Below are positions 24,211 to 38,015 of a stretch of 64,000 nucleotides of DNA, piece by piece. The notes beneath the pieces were generated by a model. It had not been told where the DNA came from and ran no database searches. It worked only from the letters and a program-made list of their open reading frames with translations. Where the stretch lies: contig CM114271.1 in assembly GCA_050084515.1 (NCBI GenBank), positions 34,844,001 to 34,908,000 of the forward strand. Reading direction: 5' to 3'. A program made the translations under genes and the position numbers. Numbering within the stretch: the stretch's first letter is position 1; each line of letters opens with the position of its first letter. Source of the stretch: Blasia pusilla (Eukaryota).

Positions 24211-27200
24211 CTAGCACTGGAAGCATTTATCGAAGAGCCCGAACGTATGAATTTGATCGATGACGTTACGAATGCTGGCGTAGAATCCGAAACTTGTGCC
24301 CAGCACGGCGATGGCGACCGCAACACAGATATTCACCAGAACCATACCGCGCCATCCTGGTATAAATCTCGCCGACTTCTCCGCAGCGCTCTGCACAAAC
24401 CCCACATACCAGAAGATGTCACTGACAGGATTCCACCGACCCAACGACCACACAGGTTTCGATGCAGTGTACTCCGCATATGCATTCATATGCTGCATGC
24501 GCTTTAGAGCTCTAGCCTCTATGTCATCCGTGTCGAATCCGGAAGCCGGTTCACTTCATGAGAGCTCCGACTGGGTTTATAATGTCGGTAAGTCTGGTAC
24601 GTGTCCCACGACTCCTCTAAATTGCTACAATTCGCTCCGTGCCGAGTCTGCAGAGTGCAGACTACTCGCGGAAGTAGGCGTTATGTAGGACATCTGCACG
24701 TTAGAGACGAGAAGCACATCGATCGTCGAGAATCAGGTCATTGCAGACAAGGTCCTGGGTTCTGGGATTCCTCGCTAGACTCTTTCACACTCCCTCGAAG
24801 GACTCCCGACCGTTACCGGAGCAGCACACCATCGATTGCCGCGAGACCATTCATTCACAGCACGGCACAGCACAGATGATGCCTGCAAAAACCCCCTTCA
24901 ATCCCTCGAAACCACTACTACCGTTGCGGCCACCTGGGAATCATCACCTCAGGCACTCTCAAGCCTACTGCTTCAACGCACAGACTTTCGCTACCATCCA
25001 ACCCGATTCCCCCCTACAACTCAGAGCCTAAGCGGATCTGCTCACATTGTCAACACCTCGCACGGATATGGCTGTGATCCACGGTCTTATGATCGCACAA
25101 GGGTCCTCAGGGAGTCCATACCTGATCAGTCGTGACCTTCACAAACGTATTATATTTAGCGTGGAAGACGTTGGAAAGGTGGAGTCCACTTCACTCACAA
25201 TCGGTCAAGGCGGATTTCGTTGGATGCTCCAGTTCCTCGGGCAGAGGTCGCATCAGACTGGCTAATGCACGTGCGTGACCACCACGCCATTGGCTACAGA
25301 CATAGGAATTGGAATCGGAAAGAAATCTGTTGGCGTCTTCTCTTTGGTCCAGGAACTACTCTTTCAGAAAACGCCCGAGCTCCGCTTGACGTGTTATTTC
25401 TTCCCGATGCTTGATCTCCGCTAAACAGGTCGTCAGGATTCGATCCCGGTCCTAATCCCACTGCCATATAATGCTCGTCGTGTTCCCTCATCTGCTTTAG
25501 AACTCTATACACAGTTAGCAGCTCGCAAGGCGCTTGCTTGCGAGCCCGGACAATTCTGGTAGAAATGTGAACGACCTCAGGGAAATCTAGGGGGGGTCAA
25601 TCTTATGAGAAAGTGACTCGAACTAGAGGTGATCCGTATCACTACGAGATTAGGTTCTAGTCGAATGGCAGAAGATGACGATCTCTTCCTTAAATCGAGA
25701 AAAAAATCTCGCTTCTGATTACGTCAGTCGAAGCGCTTCGCGTCTACTCTGAAGGTGAACATACGCCAGACTTTATGCCCGCTCTCAGGATAGACCCGTC
25801 AGTTCACAAAATGGCTCAAGTGACCGCCTGGTCAAAGGATTCGCCCTCCTCCCAAACTTTCACATCGCTGTTGTCGAAAGATCCATAGCATAGATACCTC
25901 AATTCAACTCATCGCGAAAGAGTGAGTCCTTCTGTGCAACATTCCAATCTTTCCCCTTTGGCGTCAAGCGGCCCGCCAAACTATACTGACCTCACAAATG
26001 CGACGACGCAAGGAGTGGAGATTTGACAGCCCGAGGGAGATGAGCGGTTCAAGGACACTACCTATTCCAGATACGGATATATAGTAGAAGCTAATAACGG
26101 CTGAGTGTTCTAAGTGAGAGCCTCTTGGCTATGATTCCAAGAAGTATTGTATCATAAGACACAATTCTAATGTCCATGAAGTTAATACAGTCGTTGGCGG
26201 TGATTCCAAGAAGGGTCAGACGCTAACAGGCTATTTTAAACGTCAAGTTAATACAACAGTCGCACAGGCGATTCGAGAGAGTCCCAGTCGTAGAATTCTC
26301 AACTTATCGATATGGGACGCACGTGATCGGAGTTCCGTATTCGATCTTGGTCGTCGGATCTCCTGTCGTTCGCAAACGGTGTCGGGACCAATCTCAATGA
26401 GGTCATGCCCGTCTCTCTTGAGACTTGACTCGCCACTCGGCTTTTCTGCCTTGATTTTCCTGAATTACAAGAAAGGAGGCCGTTTTCTCATATCGAGACA
26501 CTTCGTCAGAGGGGATTAAAAACAGTCCCGGTACGGGCCATTCCCTGATCCCAACGGCAACCGCCAGTACCCCTATCGGCTATCAAGGCGGACGTACGTA
26601 GTACCTGGGGGAGTGTTAATCATAACGGTGACTGGATTTGACTCATTTGGTTTGGGCAATGGTCACGCGACGCCACTGGGTGACTGTGAATGTGCCTGCC
26701 GGTCTACGGTCAAGCGATCATAAACCCGCACACTGGAGCGAGGGAGGGATTGGAGTCGCGTGACTCGCGTCGCCCGCCGTCGGGCGGCTTCACAGCCTTC
26801 ACTAAAATAGTGTTAAATGGTCGATCCTATACGCCCTCCACGAAGGGCCGCGCCCTGTCTGCCACTGACAGAAGTCACGTGATCCAGGGCCGGGGTAGTT
26901 ATTCTCCACTCGCTGGGTCAGTTCTTTTTTTCTTCCCGCCCGGAACTTTAAGATTTCACCAACATAAAGAACCCTTTTTATCCATCGCGTTGTAGGTAAT
27001 ATTTCAAATTGCGGTAGAAAATCTGAGTTTTCGACCGCAATCGCCCGCCACAAGTCGACCGCCGACGTGCTCCGATCTTGCAAGCAGTGACGGAACAGGA
27101 AGAACTTTGGAGTACGCACCTGGCGAGCTTGAGGAGTCCAGAAGACGTAGAGGTAGGCGACGCAAGGGAGCACGAAGGTGTTGACGCTCATGATGGCGCC

Positions 27201-30200
27201 GAAGATGCTGTTGAGAGGGCCGAAGAAAGGGGCCGCCAGAGACACGAACCAGAGAACGGCCGCCACCGGCAACCGCATCACCACTCGAAGGGGGAACCAT
27301 GCCTGGTGAATGCCGAACAGCTTCTCCCACATGAAGTACAGCGGCATCACGTACAGAGCGAAAGCCACGGCCTGTGCATCAATTCCACAGCCTCGTTTCA
27401 GTCGATACATATACGCATACGTAAGATCTCCTTCGAATACAACTCACCACTGTTTGTTTAGGGCCTTTACTACTGCACTCGGGAATTCGCGCACTTTACC
27501 CATCGACTTCAGAATCCAGACTTCCGAGGCCGACGTGGCGAGCGAGCTCAGAACGGGAAAGTTCTTTCCTGTAGTGACGAAATCGGTAATATGACGTTCG
27601 ACTTCGCTGAGATTTGGGGAATACAGAGACGGCGCACTGCCGTACAGATTCGCTGAATCGGTTCAGAACTCAATCCATGTAAGTCGAGGCTTCAAGCCTT
27701 CGAAGTTCGGGGGGCACGCTAATGTCATTACACCATGTGGAGTGTTGTGGGCTGTTGGCTGTTGGTCATGCACGAGATCCGAAAAGGCTTCCATGCGACG
27801 AGTTGACAACCTAACCCAAGCCCGACAAATACTTGACCGGGGGATTCAAAGCTCATGTTAGTTAAACAACTAGGACGCTGTAGATCATATCCCCAAATGC
27901 GACCTCTTATGCTCCAGTACTCTCTCAGAAACGAAAGGCTGTGGAGATGCGCACACATCATAACCTCAAGAAACCTACCAGAAGTTGAGCACAGGACACA
28001 TACGAACGAGAGAGACACTTCGGCCCGACATTCTAGGGATATCGATGCTGGAAGCTAAAGATGACATAGAGGATTGGAGATCTTAACTATACACTTCACG
28101 ACTACGTGTTCGTGAAACGTACTGCGATATGACCTTCAATTTTCACACCGCTCAAAAGGACAAGAACTGAAAGAAACACTTCCATTACGAAGTGTGGCTG
28201 AACTCGAAAAACTCTTGGCCTCAATCATGCACAGTTCCACGCTTCTAGAAGAGAAGCGTGTCCCAACAGAGAGGCTTGAGGTCGGTCTGGTCTAACCTGA
28301 AGGTGGGTGAGACGAGCTGGAAAGTCTTACCCACCCTCAGGTGAGACCTACTGGCAGTTAAAGGCCCGACCCATTCAAAATAGGTTCCCACAAGATTCAA
28401 TTCTGGATCCTGGTCCGCATGAAGGTATAGGATTGGGATGTGGATAACTCGATTGTTTATGCCTCCGGTGGGAATGGAAAAAGTAGAGCACACACGGCCG
28501 CGATTCTCACAGCCAGGACTCAGGAGGACCTCGTATTTGGACGACATGTGGCAGGCGGTCTGAGGAATTCCGCCAGGTTCAATGAACACAGAAGCGGTGG
28601 GACCCATCCTACTTGCTCTCCTGTCGTCCAAGAGCGAGTCTTCGCGGGAGTCAGTCGAATGTTCAATGTGGAGACTGAACTCTTTGGATACTGTCGACAA
28701 TTAATTCCTTCCGCACATTCGGGCGAACGCATCATCCTGCGTGGTCCGGACGTCTACGTACCCCGACGCTAATTAACACGACGGGCCACAGTGATTTCAT
28801 TCAGTGCAATGCGAAAGTGTCGGGAGCTGGTAACTAGGACGCACCTGATGAATAATCATGAAGATGAGGGCGGTGGTACGAGCGTTGGAGACCGGTAGCA
28901 CTGAGAGTGCATTACCGTGATCGAACAGAATATCGCCGAACGCCCAACTCATAGCGATGCAGTGGGGCATGGTGATGCTGAGAATGTACAGACTACTCCA
29001 CGCGTAAACGGCTTTGTACTTGCGAGGCTGCCACATCGCGTGCATGATCTCACTGTCGAATCGGACATCCAAGCCCAGGGATTCATCAGTACAACGTATA
29101 CGTTTGCTCTCATCTCGACACCGTTACGAGGCACATGAAAGAACATCAAATTCCCACGCCTGAACAATTCTCGGTCCCAAGAACCCGAGATCTTCGTCCG
29201 GGCGAGGCCTACTTTCGACAAATGCTAGGTAGCTAAGCCCTGAGCCCTTCGAGGTGCAAGGGCATGGAACACTGCAACCGCTTAGACACAGTACAACTTC
29301 CGCACTCCACCACTACGATCTTCACACTGACGACCCCGTCATTCTCTCCTTGTGATCATTGTCCACGCTCTGCTGTGATACTTACACAGTGATAGAATGA
29401 CCACCAGAGGCAAACAAGATGTTGGTTGTTCCGGTGAAGAACTGCACGAAACTATTTGGGCCAGTATGCTTGACTCCCTCCGCCTGCACATGCTCCATCG
29501 CATTACTAGTTGTGAGTTCTCTAGACTCGCAGTGCTCGACGACATGGATTTCTAGTCGACAGTCGACCATAAGCTGCTAATTCCTGAGAGGCATTAGTAA
29601 GCGGAGGAGAGTAAAGTCCGAACCAAAAGAATACAGGAGTGTGAAGGCATGTTGACAAAGGAATCGTGTGCGGATTATCCGTCTGTACCTGTCCGTGTCG
29701 GAGAGCAGCAATGAACATGTACCAAGCTGTGTATGTGGTAGTGAGGGTCCCCAAAAACGAGAGGATTCTGAAGTTGTGGAAAGAAGGCAAGAGTACCGTC
29801 AACATTGACACTCCCCCGAAGACCAGAGCCCACTGCTGCTTGTCCAAATGGCTGCTGATGTAATAGGCATTGCTGCACATCCAGAGCAGATCATCCCACT
29901 AATGGAAGCTCAGGATCCACAGGCCGGCATGATACCACACTACTATGATCATACATGACTTCAGTGAGCAGTCCTGCTCAAGAATTGTATTTAATACACA
30001 GTTGGCATCCATGAAACATCCTTGCAACTGTACGATTGATCGGATGAGCATGACAATTTGAACATTGGCTTCCTTTCAGCACCTGGCGCAAGCAGTAATC
30101 TGCACAGTGGCCACCGCCGACATGGCAAGGACGTTGAACAGGAGAACGACGCGCTTAGTCCAAGGTCCCACCAGAGCCCCCAGCACCTCGTGGTACTGCA

Positions 30201-30890
30201 ATCGCGGGATCATACGACGCACATATCAAACACGTTCAGAAGTGATGATCTGTTTCCAACCAGCCTCTCATCGTCCTATGTTCAATCGCTAAATCCTTCC
30301 GTGGAAACAGAAACGACTGTAGAAGGACGACTCTGTACATGAAAAAAATTCTTACTTGAATGACGTGATTCTTGAAGTCGATGCCCTCTCTCTCCCTCCG
30401 ATGTCGAAACTCTAAGTACAGGCGCGCGAGCAGGTAGCAAGTCCAGACACCACAGGTGACATAGAAAAGGTGGAACACAATTCCGAACTTGATTCCCATC
30501 TGAGCGTACGATGTCGGCATCGTCAGAATTACTTGCCCCACCTGCAACAGGCACACGCATCCGCAGTTCAATTTCTAAAGCACATTCAGGAATCGAAATC
30601 CACGAAGAAACTTCGGATTCATCACTGAGCGGAGTCAAATTCATCGCAAGTACATGTTCGAGAATTATTACTTGAGCTGCGGCAGCAGTGAACCAAGCAT
30701 CGTAGACGGAACCGCCGTGCCATATCAGCTTGTGGAATGTATCTTTGAAGTTCGCAAACCCACTCACACTTCCGCCCCTAGTCACGTCGGTTACCCGAGG
30801 ACCGGATTTCTCCCTCCCATTCGACTCTGAAGAGTTAAAATTCACTGCCTTTGGGTGCGCTTCGAAATCTTGACCTTCCGATGACTCCAT
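24211..30890 (-). CDS. AUX1/LAX: AUX1/LAX auxin influx carrier, 8 exons: 30890-30672, 30541-30356, 30195-30083, 29872-29689, 29483-29386, 29052-28844, 27371-27120, 24390-24211
   Basis: Spliced translation contains WHGGSVYDAWF, QVGQVILTMPTSYAQMG, FKNHVIQ, LPSFHNFRILSFLG..TTYTAWY, FFTGTTNILFASGGH, EIMHAMWQPRKYK, PLYFMWEK, PFFGPLNS and a C-terminal QIHTFGLFDKCFQC. Junctions are GT-AG and in phase. Confidence 0.94.
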
Positions 30891-32481
30891 CTCCTGAAGT
30901 CCTCCTTTCGTGCTCACGAAAGCTCCCCCTCAAGAAAAACTAGCTCGCAGGCAGAACGGAAATCTCGCAATCGCCTCCGGAGAAAGCACAGTTCAACTCA
31001 GGATCACCATCGCAGCGAGTCGATTGAAACCTTGCTCAGCGAAGGACGAAAACTGGAATGGTCACTCCACATTTTCTACTACTAGAGCAGCTTTCTTCGT
31101 TCCTGCAACATTTGAGTGGTGAGCCGGCGACTCCAACGCTTCACCTCAACATACAATTCACCTAGCCAGCACTCACCAAATTACAACACTTCGTGCAACA
31201 ATTCATTCCACAGTGGGCAAGGTGTTTGCTAACGCGAGGCAATACATCACACATACGTAAAACGAAAGGTTCGTTAGGCTTCATCTGCACAAACGAAATC
31301 GAAGTGGTCGCTTATGGACTCACAATCACTGCTTCTTGTAGTCAGAATCTTGAAGTCTTCTCAGCGTCGGTTGTGATACATGGGGGCACCCGAGAAAGAA
31401 GAGCACGGTAAAGACGACCACTTGAGCTGCGCGGTCAAGCCCACGAACGAGCGTCCCAGACTCCAAGCAACGAAACGCAACGGAGAGTCTCGCGATCTTA
31501 AATCTCCAGTTCCCTGATTTATTCAATGGCCTTCTCGAGTCATAATCGCAAGCATACCGACAGCAGGGAGAAGACAAGAACGTGCTGATATCCTGACGCT
31601 GCCTCTCTTCTCCAGTGTCTCCAACCACGCCTTCCAAGCATCCGCATATGATAGCAACACACTCCACCCAAACGACTGCTGTCCGAATTAACCCCACTCT
31701 CTGCAGCCGACACACGCACTGCAAATGCCCTGGAAGATAGATCCACGATTCCACTCTGCAGTGCCTGCACGTAACTGCAGAGCCGAGCAGCGTTTAGAGT
31801 TCTCAGGGGCGGTTGACTGAACTCCGCCGCTTTATTTATTACATCCTTCGTTCTCATGCTGGACTCCGGTCGCCAAGTTATCATCCATCTCCGGCGACGA
31901 CTACCATCTGTAAGACGCGTAAAATTACGTTCCGTAAATTTATTTATTTATTAAACTATTTTTCCTTCCCCGTCCATTAATTTTAGGGAATATTCTCGAA
32001 GAACGTTTTTATCCTAGATCAGATGCTAGTATTTAAATATTGTGGTCTTTTAAATAATGAACACTTGTATTTATTATTAAGATAAGGAGTTGTTGTTTTT
32101 TTCACTTCGGAGTGCTGATTCAGGCCGTTAAGGAAGCAGGAGTTCCGGGATCCCGTAATCTAAAGTCAACCACGTGCGGTTGCCGTAAGAAAATCCCTCT
32201 ACTCCGTCGGGTACATGTACTCCATTGAGTTTTCAGTTCGTCGGTTCCTACGTTCGGAGAGTTTTCCCAGGGAACCAATACGTGACTGGTCTTTTCACCT
32301 TAATCTCTACTCTTGAGGGAGAGTGCCCTCTCCCGTGCAAACAGACGGGCTTTTGATACATGGCGCTTTGGGCCAATCAGGCAATCGCATGCTACGTTTA
32401 TGACACGTGTTCTTCACATTACTCTAAAATTGTTTGACGGGCGGGACACTTTAAGATTTTGTGGCAATGTCCTATAACGGA

Positions 32482-35400
32482 TTTTCTTTAAATATATATA
32501 TCCATTTTATTATAAAATAAACTTTAAAAGAAGACAAAGAAAGATAATAATATCTCAAAAGGGGAGTTAAAAAAAGCATAAAAGAATGCAAAAAAGAAAA
32601 TGGCAATTAGTCAACACAAACATCGACTCAACGAGCTACACGATTGATAGTCGGAAACAAATCTGACAAGAACACGAATGGTTGGTCAGACGTGAATGGA
32701 CGACGAGGCGAGCGACCCCCCACCACCTCCGCACGACGTATCAATGCCAATGCTTGTGCACGTTTTAAGGCTAATGAGATGCATTGCTGAAAATAAGTAG
32801 TAACTACAAAGAGAGAAGGACTACGGGAAGGGGCAAGGTGATGATTCTCGAGGGCGTGGTGAGCACATGTTTTCAAGAAAGTATGAAAGGACACATGTAA
32901 ATGACCGAATACTTCCATTGCAAAAGGAATAAATCCATCAATCGCATGTCTCACAACATAACTTAACTCCTTGATTCTTGCTGCACCTTCGGCCGCCAAA
33001 CCTTTGGTATGTGCGGCTTGACACACCAAGTCAGAACGTGTTGGATCCGCAACCACCACATCACCTAGTGTCCGGAATCCACCTCGAGACATAACAAGAT
33101 CCATTCTCTGATGAGAGGTTGCTTGTGTGGTTGAAGGTAGGACATGGAGTTGCTCTTGCCCAACGATGTATCCTGCAGTACGAGCCACCAATGCTACCGC
33201 CTCTCTAATGATATCATGTGTGGCCGTTCGTTCTCCACCATGTGCACATCGGAGAATATGGATACCCTTCGCATCAATGGGATCCCTGCATACAGAATTC
33301 GGCACACCTAACAGAGAAGGATAGGAAAGTCCAAGACGAAACCGCAAAGTTGTCGAGAATATACTTCGAGGAAGACGAAATGGAAGAATAAGAGGATTTG
33401 CAGTAAGCCACGCCCCCGCTTCGGTACCCGCACATGAACGCAGACGAGCTCGATGAGCGTCAGAGGATGCCTCGGAGAGAATGCTGAAAAAGTTGATTTG
33501 ATGCAGATTCTCATAGATATGCTCTTAAAGTCGTTCAAGCCCTTCCGTAATCAATTGACTGAAAGGGGGTAGAATTGCTTGTGTAGAAAGAGGAAGAAGA
33601 GCTCGTGCAGATCTAAGTTATTGCTGAAATAACAAGTCCCCCTCCTCTACATGGGCGATATAATCCATCAAGATAGGTGCATCTCCTTGGAGAAACCTTG
33701 AAGCCATAATCGGTGCTACCAACGCCCAACTCCCCAAAAAGGCTGCGGGAGCAAATGCGATTGTGAAGGACATTCCCACCCCTCCAAAAGAAATAGGCAA
33801 GATAGCTTCTCGTGAAGCAAAGACACCATCCTCTCCCTGAAAGGTATTCGGGCCAAGAAGTTGATCAAAAGTTGCCAAGATAGAAGCATCAAAAGAGGCC
33901 AACTGATGTAAGAACCTTGAAGTGGGAGGACAAGTGCGAAGAAGGTAGGAATGACGTCGTAGAAAATATTGGGAGAGAATCCCATAAGTCACTTGGGGAT
34001 CCCTTGGATGAGGTAACAAATGAAGCCATTCCACGTCTTTCAAAAGGGCCTCATCCAATAACTTTGAGACATAGTCGATGAAGCCAATTGGGACCCCAAG
34101 AACTCTAACCCCTTCAATGTAGATGGGAAAATCAGGAGAAGGTGGGATGAATGTTGAGGGAAGGCATGAAGGAGGCCATACTCCACATTTACTAGGTTGG
34201 ACTTTAAGATTTAAGAAAGAGAGTTGCTCCACGAAATGGGTATAAGTAGGACCCACTTCAGAAGCAGGACCTATAATGTGAGTGTCATCAACAATAGAAG
34301 GGAAAAGACAAGCTGGAAATTCTTGCGCTGATTCTAGAAGGGCACAAAAGTGGGTAATGGCAAAGAGTGGGCCACCCATGGGATCACCTTGACGTGTGCC
34401 ACAAGCCGATTGTAGAATACTCTATTCTCCGGAAGTAGCATGATGGGAATAGTTAATGGGCGTATCATAGGCATAGGAGGAGCGAACAAATGGAATGAGG
34501 CTCGCAAGTTGTCCTCCTGCACAATGTAACTCCTCAAAGATGGTTGCACGAGAAACTGAATTGAATGCGTTAGCCACAGCAACTTGAATTGCTACCTAAT
34601 CTGGATGAATATCAAGAGTGGAGCGAATCCCATGCACCATAGCCTCACACCCTCAAGGAGTTTCCACTCCAAATTGATGAGGAAATAAGTGGGCACTAAA
34701 GTGAGGAAGAAATTGCAAGCATAGGGATCGACTAACCAAGCGGTATAAAACCTCTCCAATAGCCAAAGGGCGCACATCTAAAGGAGGCTTATCGATAGCC
34801 AACAAACGACAAGCCCCTAAGAGCCTAGAGATAGAGAATGGAAGACAACTTGCCGCCATATGTGCATACACCTTATATAGAGATACAAAGCCACTTGTTG
34901 AATCTTCCGGGATAAAACAATCGCGGAGATGCTCAAAAACCATCCTTGATAGCCCGCTTGCTGATAAGCGAGGAGTATGCAGAAAAGCCCTTGTGAAAAC
35001 CTCCAAGTCAAGGTCCATTGTATAGTGTTCCACAAAAGGTGGAGCATTGCCACTTGAAGGAGGGTGAAGAGCTTCTAAGAGAGCCACTGTTTCCACACTT
35101 GGAACTGCCGGAAAAGAGGACCCAATGCTCCAGCTGCACGTGAAAACTCACCAACCTGCCCCAAAAGTAGACTTCGTTGAAGGCGTTGTTGTATTGATGG
35201 CCTCCCATTATTGGCATGTTGAGAGGAATGAGCCGCAGCTAAGGCCTCTGCTCAAAGTACATGCTCATTTTGAAGATTTTCCCAATCTCTAGACATAAGG
35301 CATTGAATACGTGTGGAGGTTTCACGATGACCCGTCGCACCACCCCTTGGAGGAAGGACTAAAACCCATTGTGGGAAGAGTAATAGGAGATACCAAGCAT

Positions 35401-36647
35401 TGATTTCTAGGGAATCACGCGCTAACCTTTCTAATGGGAAAAGCAAAGCTTGTTGGGTGATGGAGTAAAGAGCAATAGGAATGCAAGTGTAGAGTCTAGG
35501 ACGAGGAAGACTTGGATGGAAAGAGCGAAGGAGATCAATTTGGCTTAACCATGTCCAAGATGTTGTTGTGGGGAGTGCAGTAAGAGGTGGTATCGGGTTA
35601 GGGATTGAAGGCCCATGCATGGATCGACAGTACCGCCAATGTCTTTTGATCCCATTAGGAGCAAACTCCTTACCACAAGGTATGCAACGAACCTTTGGTA
35701 CAAATGGAGAAGTAGAAGGGTTACAAGGAGAGGGAGTGGGAGGTGCAAGAGGTGGTGATGGACGACGATGAGGGGGTAAGTAGGTTGGGGAAGGAGGAGG
35801 AGGAAGAGGGGATATTCGGGTAGAATAGATAGGAGTTGGAAGCAAGGGCATAGATGAGATATGTGGGGATGGAAAAATAGAAGGATTCTGTAATAATGGA
35901 TCAAGATTAGGCTCAATAGGACAAGACAAAGAGGGGAGAAGAGGAGAATCCGAAAGAAATGCAACGAGTGTAATGGGTGTATTAGCATCTGGAGGAAAAT
36001 GGCGAGATCTATGATGAGGAGGTGAACCAGGGGGAGATGTTACGGCTATAGGAGGGCGTGTAAAACCAGATAAGCGAGTAGATGGAGAATCCAACTCCAT
36101 CTCTGATGACATAGAAGCAAAGGTAGACAAGGGAAGACATGTGAAACGTGGCTTGGAGAAAGCTTGAGGATAACGAGGAAACAGTGGCTCTCTTAGGCGA
36201 TACCGAATTTATGATTGAAAGTGACTATAAGAAAAATATATAAACCAATTGAAAAGGAAAAGTGATCTATATGGTGTCAGAAGAGATGGCTCAAGAATAT
36301 GAATTTCTAATGTTCTTAAGGAGATGGAAAATGTACGCAGGGGCGAAACAGTAAGGTAAGGAGTTGAAAGAACAAGGAAGACTTTTGAGAGGAATTCACC
36401 TAAAACAAACCTGTACACGAAAATAGGCGCCTAGAGAGAAGGAAGAAAAACTAGAAAACCTATTTGATATGAAAAGAACGAGCTCGGCAAGGTGATCGAA
36501 ACAAGCCAAACACGTCCAAAATTAACACTCCATAAAAAAATTATGAAAGAAATAGGAAACACCAAAAAAGAGGATGTGAGGAGTAAGTGAGCCACCCACC
36601 AATGATTGCTATGAGGGAATGAGTTCATAATGTTGGGTCCAGCCCGT
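32482..36647 (-). mobile_element. Degenerate non-LTR retrotransposon with RT and C-terminal restriction-like endonuclease (RLE; CRE-like)
   Basis: N-terminal Pro-rich region with zinc finger CIPCGKEF..IKRHWRYC (35252-36130). RT motifs RPLAIGEVLYRLVSR, PHQFGV, NAFNSVSR, QGDPMGGPLF, IVDD and VLGVPIG. RLE motifs HILRCAHGGERTATHD, RMDL, DVVV, KELSY and FIPFAMEVFG (32628-33347). Several frameshifts and stops. AATAAA on the minus strand at 32506-32511 is followed by an AT-rich tail. Confidence 0.85.
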
Positions 36648-37922
36648 TGTCATGTCGAGAGTCTTTCTTTGAGCAAGGGCGGGCCTTCTAGCTGCGGTCG
36701 ATGCGGTCGATGCAAGGTGAACTCTCTAATAAGTTCTCCTTTTTCAATACAAAATTATGATGTACACTCTCCATTCTCTCACGACAGGTATCACAAATGG
36801 AAATGTCGAGACGATCACTTCTTCGTAACATCAGACCCCAAAATTCCTAACTATAAAATCTCTATAAACTATTTTACGCTTGTACACGAGGAAGATAGCA
36901 CAACTAGTGTTAAACCCTACTTGAGCAGGCCTATTGACATCCATGGATCGCTATATAAGGACATACAAAGTACAATCCCATGTCCTTCCATATGTGACGA
37001 TAGGAAGGATCACCGGAGTTGGAGATTGCATGACCCGATTCATGAACGCCTCCCCAAAGTGATAAACTAAATACCGAGTGAACCAGTGCCTATCTACAAA
37101 GAGTACCTTGACATGGTATGGATTGAGGAAAGGAAAGTCCGGCACAACTCTTGCTCCACCCCTATCCATGCTTGACAGACATTCTTTTCTCTCCTCAAGA
37201 ATGGATTTTGGCGGAATTATTCTCCCAAGAGGGGTAATCCACTCTCATGGGGGAAGTAACAAGCCAAAACATTCACTATTTTAGTATGACTAAACTCCTC
37301 TAAGGTGACAAACCTCTCATCTCCACACACACACACACCACACTCTAGAAACCTCTCGAAGAATAGACCATGATCAAGTTACTCTCCCAAGAGGGGTGAT
37401 CCACTCTCATTGGAAGAGTAAGCAATCCCAAAGCCATACACTCAAGAGAGACACGAGAGACTCAAGATGTGGAATAGAAGGTGATGAACCCTTGAAGGTC
37501 CCTCCTCTTTATATACTCACAAGGGATCCACAAGAGTACGAAATAGAGCTTATCTTATCTTGTGCCACATGGATTCCTCTCAAGACTTAGCCAATCACAT
37601 TTTGACACAAGTAGATTTCCTCTTATCTCATCCAAAATATCCTCTTTTACCCACATGATATTTTCCAAATTACCCCAACTAACCTAGCCACCAACCAAGA
37701 CTATTTTTGCTTTTCATTAAAGCAACTACTTTACTTTTATAAAGTCATTTTTTTATTTATTACCTCCTTTTCTAAAGTTGGGCCCGTATAAAAGAGGCAC
37801 CATAAAGAGGTTTAAACATAAGAATTTCCTTTTTCTAAGCCAATTTATTTAATACTAATGAAACTCTATCTAACACTTAATGACGAAGGAATTTACATAT
37901 TGGTTGATTTTACTATACGATA
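36648..37922 (-). repeat. 3' LTR of Gypsy family A (~1.27 kb)
   Basis: Termini are TGTCAT...ACGATA. It is highly similar to 59376-60647. A minus-strand polypurine tract GGTTAGGAGGGGGTGAA lies immediately adjacent at 37923-37939. Confidence 0.88.
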
Positions 37923-38015
37923 TTCACCCCCTCCTAACCTGCACATCCTCCGGTATGTGCCAAAACATCGTGATTTCTTGCTATAGACTTATTTATATTG
38001 TGCCTCTAGACACAT

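Noticed and set aside
36630-37590. ORFs repeated in both family A LTRs (146, 68 and 64 aa) as genes
   Set aside because: Their conservation simply reflects LTR identity. They have no recognisable domain and their starts differ between copies.
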